In this document: positions 13,101-22,389 of the stretch, one piece after another | How positions within the stretch are numbered: the stretch's first letter is position 1 | How the letters are laid out: the number at the start of each line of letters is the position of its first letter | Source of the DNA: Azolla caroliniana | Taxonomy: Eukaryota > Plantae > Polypodiophyta | Length of the DNA stretch: 64,000 bases | Assembly (NCBI GenBank): GCA_043228905.1 | Contig: JBHGNT010000015.1 | Span: 4,898,001 to 4,962,000 of the forward strand | Direction of reading: 5' to 3' | The notes under the pieces: generated by a model | Database searches by the model: none | What the model saw: the letters and a program-made list of their open reading frames with translations, nothing else | What the model was told of the DNA's origin: nothing | Program-made: the position numbers and the translations under genes

Positions 13101-15979
13101 AGTTTCGCGACGTATTCGCCTGGTCATACGAAGACATGCGAGGGCTGGACCCTCAATTATATCAGCATCAGATCCACTTAGGCAAGGACGCGAAACCAGT
13201 GGCGCAACGACGATACCGAATGAACCCCAACTACGCCGCCAAAGTAAAAGAGGAAATCGACAAACTCCTAAGAGTGGGCTTCATCCGGCCGGTAAAGAAA
13301 GCGACGTGGCTGAGCCCCATCGTCGTCGTCCCCAAGAAGAACGGTAAAATCCGTGTGTGTGTTGATTACAGGAAACTAAATGCCGCCACAATTACGGATG
13401 CCTTCCCTCTTCCGTTCACGGACGGAGTACTGGATGCCGTCGCCGGTCATGAAGTTTATAGTTTTTTAGACGGGTTCAGCGGGTACAATCAAATCCGGAT
13501 GCACCCGGACGACCAGGAAAAGACAGCGTTCGTCACCGAATGGGGGGTGTTTGTGGCCGAAGTCATGATGTTCGGTCTAAAAACGGCACCAGCAACGTTC
13601 CAGCGAATCATCATGGAGATCTTCGGCGAATACATTCCTGCCTTCATGCAAGTTTTCCTGGATGATTTTGCAGTTTATAGCCGGGGAAAAGACCATTTGC
13701 AGCACCTACGGTTATGCCTTGAAAAGTGTAGGTTGTACCGGCTAAGCTTAAACCCAGCGAAATGCATCTTTGGAGTCTCAAGTGGAATATTGCTGGGACA
13801 CATTGTAAGTAAGGAGGGCATTGCGGTCGACCCAGACAAAGTAAACGCCATACTAGGGGCACCGGCGCCGAAAACGGCCAAAGCACTAAGCCGATTCTTA
13901 GGACAGATCCGGTGGCACAGCCGGATGCTCCGTCACTTGGCTGACTTGGCTACACCATTACACACCGCGGTACATCGGACACCGTTCCAATGGACGGATA
14001 CGGAGGATAAGGCATACAATGCCCTGAAGGTACTTTTATCGCAAGCACCCGTCGTGCAGCCTCCGGATTGGAGCAAGGAATTTCATGTGTTCGTGGACGC
14101 TTCCGACATCGCTATTGGCAGCGCCTTAATGCAACTTACGGAGCCTAAATGGTACCGGCCGGTATATTACGCCAGCCGGAAGCTGTCCCAAGCGGAGAAG
14201 AACTATTCAACGACGGAACGGGAGGCTCTGGGCATGATCTACAGTGTAACAAAGTTTCGTCACTACCTATTGGGAAGGAAGTTCTCCTTCCATGTGAATC
14301 ACTCGGCGCTCCTCTACTTAGTTTCCAAGGCGTCCCTGACCGGTAAGTTGGCCCGTTGGACCTTACTGTTGCAGGAGTTCGAATTCGAGATTTTCCACCG
14401 GCCCGGTATCCAGCATGCCGTAGCAGACTACCTGAGCCGGTTAGAGTCCGGAGAACCAGGCGACGGAGTAGCGGATGAATTCCCGGACGCGGAGTTATTC
14501 CGTATCACCCCGGAAACGGCAGCGGACGACACGGTGGCATCAGAAGATAAATGGCTGACAAACATGCACCAGTTCCTAAGCACGGGCCTGCCACCGGAGG
14601 AAATGAACCGGGACGAGAGGAAACGACTGGCGGTGCAGAGCCGCAATTTCTGTCTGTTACGGGACACTCTCTACCACAAAGGAGCAGATGGAATATGGAG
14701 ACGGGCAGTCCGTAGTGACGAGAAAGAAGTAATCTTACGGGAAGCACACTGTGGGGTTGCCGGAGGACACTATGCCGGAGAAGCGACGGCGAGGAAAGTA
14801 TGGCAGAGCGGCTTATGGTGGCCCACGACGTTAAAAGACGCCGTCAAGTATGCCAAGGAATGTGACCTATGCCAACGAATGGGCCAGCCTACGGAGCAAG
14901 CACGGATGCCACACCAACCGGTACTTCCACTAGAGCCATTCCAGAAGTGGGGGTTGGATTTTGTCGGACCGTTCAAGCCACCGGCAATGAGAACGGGTAA
15001 TCGTTATGTCATCGTGGCAACGGATTATTGCACGAAATGGGTGGAAGCTAAGGCCCTGAGAGACAACACCGCGTCATCCACAGCAAAATTCCTGTACGAG
15101 AACATTTGGTGCCGATATGGATGTCCGATTGAATTGATCAGCGACCAAGGAGGCCACTTCCTCGGCCAGGTAGTGGAAAGCTTAACAACGTTCTATGCTG
15201 TGGTCCATAAAAGAAGCACACCGTACTACCCACAGGCGAACGGGTTAGCGGAATCCACCAACAAAACGCTGCAGAACATTCTCCGCAAAATCGTCAACGA
15301 AAACCGGACGGACTGGGATACAAAGCTCCATAGCGCGCTATGGGCGTACAGAACGGCATACAAAACAAGTATCCGGACAACGCCGTTCCGGTTAGCATTC
15401 GGCTTAGAAGCGGTCATGCCGGTCGAGTTTCAGGTACCAAGCTTACGGATCCAACTACGGGAACGGCTGAATGAAAAGAAGTCTGAGGAAATACGGCTAG
15501 CAGCACTATGCGAACTGGAGGAGCAACGGCTGGCCAGCATCCTCCACATGGAACTGGAGCAACGACGACGGAAAGCGTTCGTTGACCGTCACCGGAAAGG
15601 TAACGAAAAGATGTTCGAAATCGGAAAGCCGGTTCTAGTATTCCAAACGAGGATGGGCAAAATGCCGGGTAAACTCCGGTTCAGATGGACAGGCCCGTAT
15701 TGGCTGACACGGGAATACAACGGGTCCTATCAGATAGGGACACTTGCCGGTGAAGTACTAGGCAAGTGGGTGAACGGATTTCGACTAAAGCCCTATAAAG
15801 GACCGATGCCAAAGAACCCGTTTATGCAGCGCACCGGCACTACACCAGTAACCTGTCCGGGATCGGTACGGATCGATCCGGAAGAAAAAGACGACGGGGA
15901 ACCCGTAGCAGAGACAAAGGAAGACACGGCAAACCGTAAGGAAAACGGTAAGGGTCCGAAGGGACCTACGGATGTGTAA
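10115..15979 (+). CDS. Gag-Pol polyprotein of element C (gag, three CCHC knuckles, PR, RT, RNase H, INT; no chromodomain)
   Basis: 1954-aa ORF with IDGGSG, CVDYRKLN, FLDD, VDASD, WGLDFVGP, SDQG, QANGLAE, WTGPY. Confidence 0.95.
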   Translation: MTRPTHDLVTDRARRIAERQRRRETFQQAAQEIRSDRSFSNEIRRVAEESLRLRQTRNQDDGSSLSSLRETERLLEALASGENEAEAFSAYESDSEGGYSVHTNYRSSNDTPGGPEDDGSDTVPTPEPEPLNQGYPEPQTEAVNPPTPEVEEAKPPTPTKEPAKVPEEEPEKEPEKGPAKEPEVEPEKEPEKYQQTPLNRGLILDDDMPFQYSKYRDDPDAEAHVDDFEQTWEANHTSQRMTPEEEERSKIAEFGVTLEGPATRWRRSQDPATITTFAELKAKFLHFFHKEVDQTTMVGLFYTIRQEAGESIPQFVIRFQRMHSQLARAPPEEELRTIFLNALREPLRTVCTVIDFRGCTIDQVIDRVREMEKTSSWLTLGTLQRALPTEEDLQFRQAIQCTICLNAGHSAVECTMRTQCVICQSKSHTTDRCEYNLLNRQAPPVRRIEPRSSRDEDDDRWQRGNRYPPAQDVRYGDRQENDGRYGNRRDNYDRYERSDRYREPNRRHEQYDRDHSPSYRRHQEDYGRFYDPPRPDYRNKNKNNKKRNFKKGGHPRDPEHGTPRNQPAQNAPLATGPTPATSNAESSNNRKEYCYYCRQEGHYSNQCPVKSYEKRPAVNMVVPEVTDVQQVTTRSKGMAKEWETQEAIRKQATEWVKEANEKNVADAERQKANSIGSAGGSHPENETWQALQECQITLPLGRLLQLVPRFTEGLKTGMTDGIAPPAPVLFSYPEEGPTVVDTSSPVITAIVKGHELPGTVIDGGSGVNVISLRTCDALGIHEWEPCPFWLRMADTSSVRPTGLIRKLEVTIGGHTFHISAVVLQLQAQGAYPLLLGRPWLKTAHIKQNWRKNMITFRRGKAKVRVPTQPRTSNGKECTPLYAECVNMLEGLADDEEAQYLEEHPKIVPLFEIDIAETVAAYLPQRDDTEAEPDKDAIRELRQAQEALEREMAVSQRVKASQLDEVNLGSKDESKPVHIAKEMKPEDKAAMIKLLTEFRDVFAWSYEDMRGLDPQLYQHQIHLGKDAKPVAQRRYRMNPNYAAKVKEEIDKLLRVGFIRPVKKATWLSPIVVVPKKNGKIRVCVDYRKLNAATITDAFPLPFTDGVLDAVAGHEVYSFLDGFSGYNQIRMHPDDQEKTAFVTEWGVFVAEVMMFGLKTAPATFQRIIMEIFGEYIPAFMQVFLDDFAVYSRGKDHLQHLRLCLEKCRLYRLSLNPAKCIFGVSSGILLGHIVSKEGIAVDPDKVNAILGAPAPKTAKALSRFLGQIRWHSRMLRHLADLATPLHTAVHRTPFQWTDTEDKAYNALKVLLSQAPVVQPPDWSKEFHVFVDASDIAIGSALMQLTEPKWYRPVYYASRKLSQAEKNYSTTEREALGMIYSVTKFRHYLLGRKFSFHVNHSALLYLVSKASLTGKLARWTLLLQEFEFEIFHRPGIQHAVADYLSRLESGEPGDGVADEFPDAELFRITPETAADDTVASEDKWLTNMHQFLSTGLPPEEMNRDERKRLAVQSRNFCLLRDTLYHKGADGIWRRAVRSDEKEVILREAHCGVAGGHYAGEATARKVWQSGLWWPTTLKDAVKYAKECDLCQRMGQPTEQARMPHQPVLPLEPFQKWGLDFVGPFKPPAMRTGNRYVIVATDYCTKWVEAKALRDNTASSTAKFLYENIWCRYGCPIELISDQGGHFLGQVVESLTTFYAVVHKRSTPYYPQANGLAESTNKTLQNILRKIVNENRTDWDTKLHSALWAYRTAYKTSIRTTPFRLAFGLEAVMPVEFQVPSLRIQLRERLNEKKSEEIRLAALCELEEQRLASILHMELEQRRRKAFVDRHRKGNEKMFEIGKPVLVFQTRMGKMPGKLRFRWTGPYWLTREYNGSYQIGTLAGEVLGKWVNGFRLKPYKGPMPKNPFMQRTGTTPVTCPGSVRIDPEEKDDGEPVAETKEDTANRKENGKGPKGPTDV

Positions 15980-16005
15980 GGTCACACACCGTCATTAAAG
16001 ATTGG

Positions 16006-16043
<38 letters not shown>
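16006..16043 (+). repeat. Poly(A) tract between pol and ORF2
   Basis: 38 consecutive A. Confidence 0.9.
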
Positions 16044-16047
<4 letters not shown>

Positions 16048-16370
16048 TAAAAATCGAGGTGTGAACGGGTGTAAAAGCAAGGCGCGAAAAGGTACGTAGT
16101 GGGCATTTAAGAGACGCCACGCTACTTAATACTAAATTGGTACACGACGTGTACATGCTCGAAAAAGGCGCCAAAACGCACAAAGAAGAAGCAGAACGCA
16201 TGGAGACCTTTTCATTTCGCGAGCCAAGAAGCACAGAAGCACCAAGACAGTGGAAGCTGAGCAAACGCGAACCTGCACGCAGAGAACCCCCGCGCTCAGA
16301 GCGCTCTCTCTCTCGCTCTCACTCTCATCACCACTCTACCTCGCCATCTTCCCTCGACCTTGAAGCAGAC

Positions 16371-18935
16371 ATGGAACCGCAAACGCTGTCGGAAGCGGCC
16401 AGGAAATGGTTCAGGCAAAACGGACTGGAGGGGTTCTTGGCCATCATGGAGGCACCGCCGCACAGAGAAGCCGACCGGGTCATCAAGGAGCTCGCCACAG
16501 AGGTCATCACCGAGGAAGCGATCCGCGCGCTAACAGGCCTTCCGGAGGGAGGAATCTTTCAGATCGATAACCCAACCTCGGAGCAACTCACCCGATATTT
16601 CGGTGAGTACTCTGTTGCCGGCAAAGGCTATCGGACGCAGGGCGGCGAAGATCCGCTATTCAGGGAGATAGCTCGAGTGCTCCATGAGTACGGTCACGTG
16701 TACCCCCGACCCCCTGTCATGCCAAAAAATCGGGCAGGGATGATCATAGCCACCTATGAAGGGGTCAAGGTGGACTGGCCGGTGTTGATTGCAGACGGGT
16801 TGTGCATGGCAATCGACATGGTACGAGGGAAGGACGGCAAGGAGGGCCGGAAGCTGTGGCACGCCGTAGCTCAATGGATAACATTGCTCGTGCTGCCGGT
16901 CGAGACCGCCCAGCCAAAGAAGCGGCCAAGAGTATCGGAAGGAAGCACCTCGAAGCCGGCGTCCAAACGACAGCAGCTGCTGGCGTCGAAGGCGACGAAA
17001 GGGAAGAAACGGGTCCCAGAACCGGAGGAGGTGTCTCCGGTCCGACCCGTCAAGATAACCTTACGGAGACCGGGACAGAAGGAACCGGAACCCTTGACGG
17101 CACAGAAACATGCCGTGACACAGGAAGAGGAAACGGAGGAGCCAGAGGAGCACCTCCAACGACGGTCAAGAAGTAGGACCGCCGAGATAGGAGGGGAGCG
17201 GTCGTACCCGCGAGAGGCCGAAACGCCCCCAACTCAACCTGAGCAAACCACAAGGGAAGAACCGGAACCGGTGCGTAGGGAACCGGTCTTGGCGACTTCT
17301 ATAGAAGAAGTCATGCCAACGGCTGCGGAGACGGCGGGAACCAGAACGCAACAGCCGGCGAGCACAGCCAGCACACACGGCGGCCAAGGAGTAGAACCAG
17401 AACGGCATATGCAGGCACTCAGGCCAGACAATTCCACAGGGAATGAGCCGACCCGACCAGTACAACAACAAGGCACCAGTAGCATGTGGCTACGGTGGGT
17501 AGGCGAGCAAATCGCCGGAGTGGTCGAGTATATAGAGGCGGAAGAAAGAGCGCACCAGGAACGGTTGCTCGTCACAACCGTAGATCTAGAGACGGCCCGG
17601 TCGAGAATCCGGAGTCTTGAACAAGACTTGGACAGGGTCACAAGGGAAACACAAGTCCAAGCACCGGTGACTCCGGGCAATGTACAGAATAAAGTATCAA
17701 ATCAACCTGTACATAGCAATCAGACCCCGGCAACGGAAACCGTTCCGGAGAGAAATGCGGCACAAGCCCAAGAGCTTGCGGATTTAAAGGATGAGCTAGC
17801 TGCCCAAGAAGCGCTGAGGAGCCGCGAAAGAGAATTGAAGACGGCAGCGGAGGCAGAACTCAAAAAGACTGCTGAGAATCTACGCCGGGCCGAGGAGAGC
17901 TTACGGAAAGGCCACCAAGCATACGACCGGCTCAAGGAGGAAAAGGAGAAAATGCTGCAAGAGAAGGACAAGCTCCGGAGGAACGCCGAAACAGAAGTAG
18001 AGCGCCTGAAAGAGGAACTCCGGCAGGTAAAGGACCGGGAGGACCGGAACCATCGCCAAATCAACGGCAAGCTCAAACAAAAAACGGAGGAATTTGAGCA
18101 ATTGCACCGGGAGTATAAACGGTTGGAAACGGAGCACAAGGAACGGACGGATGAGCTCCGGCAAGCCGTTGATCGGACCGCAACCGCATTCGCCAAAGAA
18201 CAAGCGGAAAACAGAAGACGGTTGGAAGAGGAGGAGAAGGTTCGGACAGAGCTCCTCAGGCAACAGCAGGCGGAAAAAGAAAGAGCGGCGGAGGTACTGC
18301 AGAGGCTGCAAACGACATATCAAGGGCAGCTGACGCGCTACAGGGAGCAGGCGGAGGATACGGCAAATCTCATCAAGCAGTTGAAGGAGGAGCGACAAGT
18401 GGTGGAAAGCAGAGCACAAATGGGAGCAAGTCGCATCCAAGATATAATGCGGGCCTGGTTGAACCAGACCAAGAGCTTGATTGACAACGGTTCCGTCAAA
18501 TGGTGGACCAAGTGGGCCACGAACGCGGCGGAACTCCAATTGCTCCGGGCTGACGTAGAAAACCGGCGGAAGGAGGGAGATGATTGCTATATGCTGAATT
18601 CTGAAGACTTCACCGGCATAAGAGATGAGCTGGCCGAAGACTTTCAAGCCTTGGCGGAGGACCAACTAGAGCAAGTCCGGCAACTGGTAGCTCAGCTGGA
18701 TGACGACAGGCTGGAGGCGCAGATCCAGTTTGAAAGCTACGAGAGGTCCCGGATCCGGGGAGAGAAAGAACAAGAACCAGTTACGGTTAACCTCAGTGAT
18801 GAGGAACCGTTACTGGAAGGAGACCGTACCGGAAGCAGTCAAACGGAGATGCCGGAGCCAGAAAAACAAACGGAGCAGCAGCAGCAAGCAGAGCAGCCGG
18901 AGCAGCCTCAGTCCCAACCGCAACCACAGCAGTAG
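16371..18935 (+). CDS. Extra ORF (ORF2) of element C: N-terminal plant-retrotransposon accessory-type domain, disordered linker, long coiled coil, Q-rich tail
   Basis: Open frame 16137-18935; likely start MEPQ at 16371 after a CT-rich leader. Motifs ITEEAIRALTGLP and GVKVDWPVLI; E/K/R/Q-rich heptad region. Confidence 0.8.
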   Translation: MEPQTLSEAARKWFRQNGLEGFLAIMEAPPHREADRVIKELATEVITEEAIRALTGLPEGGIFQIDNPTSEQLTRYFGEYSVAGKGYRTQGGEDPLFREIARVLHEYGHVYPRPPVMPKNRAGMIIATYEGVKVDWPVLIADGLCMAIDMVRGKDGKEGRKLWHAVAQWITLLVLPVETAQPKKRPRVSEGSTSKPASKRQQLLASKATKGKKRVPEPEEVSPVRPVKITLRRPGQKEPEPLTAQKHAVTQEEETEEPEEHLQRRSRSRTAEIGGERSYPREAETPPTQPEQTTREEPEPVRREPVLATSIEEVMPTAAETAGTRTQQPASTASTHGGQGVEPERHMQALRPDNSTGNEPTRPVQQQGTSSMWLRWVGEQIAGVVEYIEAEERAHQERLLVTTVDLETARSRIRSLEQDLDRVTRETQVQAPVTPGNVQNKVSNQPVHSNQTPATETVPERNAAQAQELADLKDELAAQEALRSRERELKTAAEAELKKTAENLRRAEESLRKGHQAYDRLKEEKEKMLQEKDKLRRNAETEVERLKEELRQVKDREDRNHRQINGKLKQKTEEFEQLHREYKRLETEHKERTDELRQAVDRTATAFAKEQAENRRRLEEEEKVRTELLRQQQAEKERAAEVLQRLQTTYQGQLTRYREQAEDTANLIKQLKEERQVVESRAQMGASRIQDIMRAWLNQTKSLIDNGSVKWWTKWATNAAELQLLRADVENRRKEGDDCYMLNSEDFTGIRDELAEDFQALAEDQLEQVRQLVAQLDDDRLEAQIQFESYERSRIRGEKEQEPVTVNLSDEEPLLEGDRTGSSQTEMPEPEKQTEQQQQAEQPEQPQSQPQPQQ

Positions 18936-19074
18936 CAGCAAGCACAGCCGCAACAACCACAACCGGAAGAACAAGTGGAAATTCTTGAACAAAGTAATTT
19001 GGACAATTTGGGTGAACAATGAAGGGGCCGAGAAGGGTTCGACGTACAAGGTACTGTCCCACGGGCGTGCCATG

Positions 19075-19494
19075 TGTTACCGGCCGGCAAGGAGTCCAAA
19101 ATACGGAGTGAAGGAATTAATTAGATATGGTTGTAAATGAGCATAGTGTGGACGGACGGACTGGAAACGGTATGCCGTTCCAGATCCGGACGGATCCCGA
19201 ATAGGTGCGAGAAGCACCGTTTTGTACTACGGGCCGGAAACCTATTTAAAGGCCCGGACCCTATTGTAATGACAGCGGATAATTAATAGAGATTATGATG
19301 TTTATACTTCTGTCTTGATTTCCGTTCTGTAATCACTGTTATATCTTACGCGTGTAATTAACCAAAGCAATCTAATCGTGTAACCTACGTAAGTCGGTGT
19401 AATCGTTGAATCTTAATCCTATGCCGTAATCACCCTTTGGTGAAGTGTCTCCGTGACACCTTGTGTTAGGCCTTGTCCGGCTAAACGAATAACA
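19075..19494 (+). repeat. 3' LTR of element C
   Basis: Direct repeat of 9644-10063 followed by TSD ATATC. Confidence 0.96.
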
Positions 19495-19499
19495 ATATC

Positions 19500-19928
19500 C
19501 CGTGGTAAGAATTTACCGTAGTATTCTATACACGTGGATAAGTGTGAGGGTTAAACGAGACTGTAAAGGAGGGGAGGATTACTTTTAATCCTCGGGATTG
19601 AGACAACCCATTAGGTCAAGTGTGAACTTGCCTGGGGGCCTTGGGTATCGCTATAAATAAGAGGCCTACCTAGCCTCATTTGATCATCTTTTGACTACAT
19701 CGAGACTCTGCTCGTGTGGTGGGTCAACTCTTGTAGCGAGCGCGCCAGCACCAGGTACGACTCGACGCCACGGCGGTGGTATGGGACGCCGATCGAGGCT
19801 CGAGTCCGTCTCGATCCCTTCGCTCGGGGGTGGTCGGGTGGATCGGCACCCTTCTTTCTCTTTCTCCTTTCTATCTATCTTTTCATTATCCTTATCTTAA
19901 GCTTACGTTAGTGCTATGATCTATAATA
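19500..19928 (+). repeat. Distal part of the 3' LTR of element B
   Basis: Continues the LTR from 9643; matches 3074-3502. Confidence 0.95.
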
Positions 19929-19933
19929 ATATT

Positions 19934-21058
19934 CAACCCCATTGTTCCCAAATCTAACCGGGAAAGGATGCTCTAAGACCTTATAGTTTTTGAGCCATTC
20001 AACTCTTGAGGTGAGGTGACATGTGGCACCTGTATCAAGAATCCACATTGAAGTGGGAGAGTTGTTAAATGAAGTGAGGGCCATGAAGGGAATGAAAAAG
20101 TCTTCATTATCCTCATCGGAATTTTGGTCACCATGACATATGTCATTATTTTGATCGTAGTCATCACGTGATGCATTGTAAGATTGGTCTTCTTTATATG
20201 TTCTTTTCCCATTGTTAGGATTCCTATATCAATCTTTTGTTTCATGTCCACTCCTTTGACAATATGTACAAAAGGATCTAAGGAACCTAGATTTATTATG
20301 ATTCCTTGAATCATTAAATTTAGAAGTTCGTGAATAAATTTGGAGTTATTAGGTTGGTATGTTGATCTAGGTTTACTGTAAGGTTTTTTATTGTAATTTG
20401 GATGTTTGATATAAAGTGCGGTGTGAGATGAGGAGGGTTGATTTATTGCCCTACGAAGTATGTTTTCTTGTGAGATTGATGCCACTAATGTTGGGATACT
20501 AATGTTGGCTAATGTGGATTTTGTACTTATAAATGGTTTCCATGATGGGGGTAGAGCGGCTAACAAGAGGGCGGATTGAACGGAACTTGGCAAACTAAGT
20601 CCTGAAAGGATCACATCATCAAGTCAAAGTCTCCAATTTTTAACAAATGTATCAACATCATCATTTTCATTCATATTCATATTTATTAAAGTTTTTAAAT
20701 TTGCAACTTGGGACGTAACGTCCGTATGGAGGTAATCAACCTCTAATCTATCCCATATTTGTTTGGAGGTAGTCAAGGTTCTCACACTTTGCTTAAGTGT
20801 GTCCTCCATATGAAGGAGAAGTTCTAAGCGAGCGTTTAAATCACGCCGCTTCCATGTTTGCATGTCAAGTGCATTTGTGGGGACATTAATGTCAGGGCAC
20901 ACGTCGGTTCCATCGACGATATTTAACAAGTCATGTTGTTCTAATATAATTTCCATGGTCATACGCCATGGTTGATAGTTTTTATCATTTAATTTTTCGA
21001 TGTGATAAGTGCGAGATGATACTTGGGCAGCATTTGCCGCCACGTTCGTTATTAACAT
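19934..21058 (-). pseudogene. Copia A gag and protease N-term (stops and frameshifts)
   Basis: IEKLNDKNYQPW, LLLAALPPSWKPF, WILDTGAT motifs. Confidence 0.88.
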
Positions 21059-21107
21059 CGCGACACAATTCTTGGTGGGGTTGGACTCCTTCACCGCTCT
21101 GATACCA

Positions 21108-21320
21108 TGTGGAAAATAAGGGAATATGTAATGGAAAGAGAGGGAGAGAGAAAGAGAAGAAGAAAACTTAATTGAATGATAGTTTCTGTCTCTCTTACAA
21201 CCAACCGACCACACAGAGAGCAAATGTGGTGGTTATAGGTGCACCCTATTTTTGGGTTGCACCTTTTCATATCATAAGGTTACGTTTTTATTATTTAGTT
21301 TCCTATTTATTTATTCTACA
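21108..21320 (-). repeat. 5' LTR of copia A
   Basis: Plus strand TGTGGAA...TTCTACA next to the PBS; partner LTR is outside the window, so the outer edge is inferred. Confidence 0.7.
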
Positions 21321-22389
21321 CTAATTAGTTTATTACAATAGTGGCGTTTCTTTTATCTTCAAGAAGATCTTACATTATGTAATGGAATGCTCGCATATGC
21401 TTGTTTTGATCAATTATGAACGCGTTCCTTGTTATCTATCATTGCAATGATTCATCAATTTATGTTTTTTATCTTTTCCTTTGTGTCATACACTTTTTCT
21501 CACAAAACCATTCTTGGACCTATGATAATGCCTCAATTAAACAATAGAAAAGTCGTGAGAGAAAACGAGAAACTCATTGGAATCAATCGATAAAAATTTC
21601 CATTGAGACTTGGCATTCCCTGGGAAAACATATATAGGTCCAAATAACAAGCTTTAACAGTCGAAATGTCACCATTGTTGTGATTGTTATCATCCAGACC
21701 ATCCAAAGTCACAAGCTTCACAAATGCCTATATATTTACGGGACGCGGACACCCCCATGTGTTTGAACAAGTTCTTGGTTACTATAGTATAGAGAGTAGG
21801 GCTATACGGAAAAACTAATTCTTTTTACTAATGATCCTAGTTTGTAATTCCATGGCCACGAGAATTTGGTAAGAAGCTTGCGCAAAATATACGAGAATTT
21901 GATATCATAATATGCCCCGGCCCAAGGGACAAGTATGGGTCATGCATTATACAATGAGCTTGTTTGGTTGCTTACTTCCTATTCAATTCATCTCCTTGTT
22001 GTAATGCTTCCCTTTTTTTTCATGATTCTCTTGTTTTCTTGTGTGGTTGTTTATTTATTTTCATCTCCTAGGACTCATTCAACTCAAACCTCTCTAATAT
22101 ACATTCATTTGGTTTTTTGAGTGATTGGCTCTCTTGAGGGCCACATACAAAAAATAAAAAATAGTATTGTTATGTTTAAAAAGAGAATAATAAAATAATT
22201 AAACTAATAAAAAGTTATAAATATTAATATATATGGCCTCTCATCTAAGGGACACATGAAGAGGCATTGTGTCTTATCATAAAGATACAAACATCGTTGG
22301 GAACTACTTGTATCATTGTGCATTTCTATTGAATTGAATGAAATCAATACATTAAGTCTATACAAAACTATCATATATTCTACATTTAT

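Larger units (their letters stand above)
9644..19494 (+). mobile_element. Young non-chromovirus Ty3/gypsy element C with extra 3' ORF, inserted in the 3' LTR of B
   Basis: 420-bp TG...CA LTRs at 9644-10063 and 19075-19494, with no differences seen. TSD ATATC at 9639-9643 and 19495-19499. PBS TGGCGACCAC at 10070-10079. Confidence 0.96.
3048..19928 (+). mobile_element. Ty3/gypsy chromovirus-type LTR retrotransposon B
   Basis: 455-bp LTRs (3048-3502; 9618-9643 plus 19500-19928). TSD ATATT at 3043-3047 and 19929-19933. PBS TGGTATCAGA at 3505-3514, PPT AAAGAGGGGGAG at 9604-9615. Confidence 0.95.
1..21320 (-). mobile_element. Degenerate Ty1/copia LTR retrotransposon A (outermost of the nest; 3' end beyond window start), interrupted at 3048-19933
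   Basis: Copia domain order gag-PR-INT-RT on minus strand. PBS TGGTATCAGAGC at 21107-21096 next to an LTR. The protease reading resumes across the insertion (FGNNGVEY|ALRHGTAH). Confidence 0.92.

Noticed and set aside
16137-16370. ORF2 start at 16137 as given by the ORF track
   Set aside because: That codon is TTG. An in-frame ATG at 16155 cannot be excluded, but the region reads like promoter and CT-rich leader, so 16371 was preferred.
11426-18665. Long antisense ORFs (254, 191, 158, 254 aa) in element C
   Set aside because: Shadows of GC-rich, codon-biased sense ORFs.
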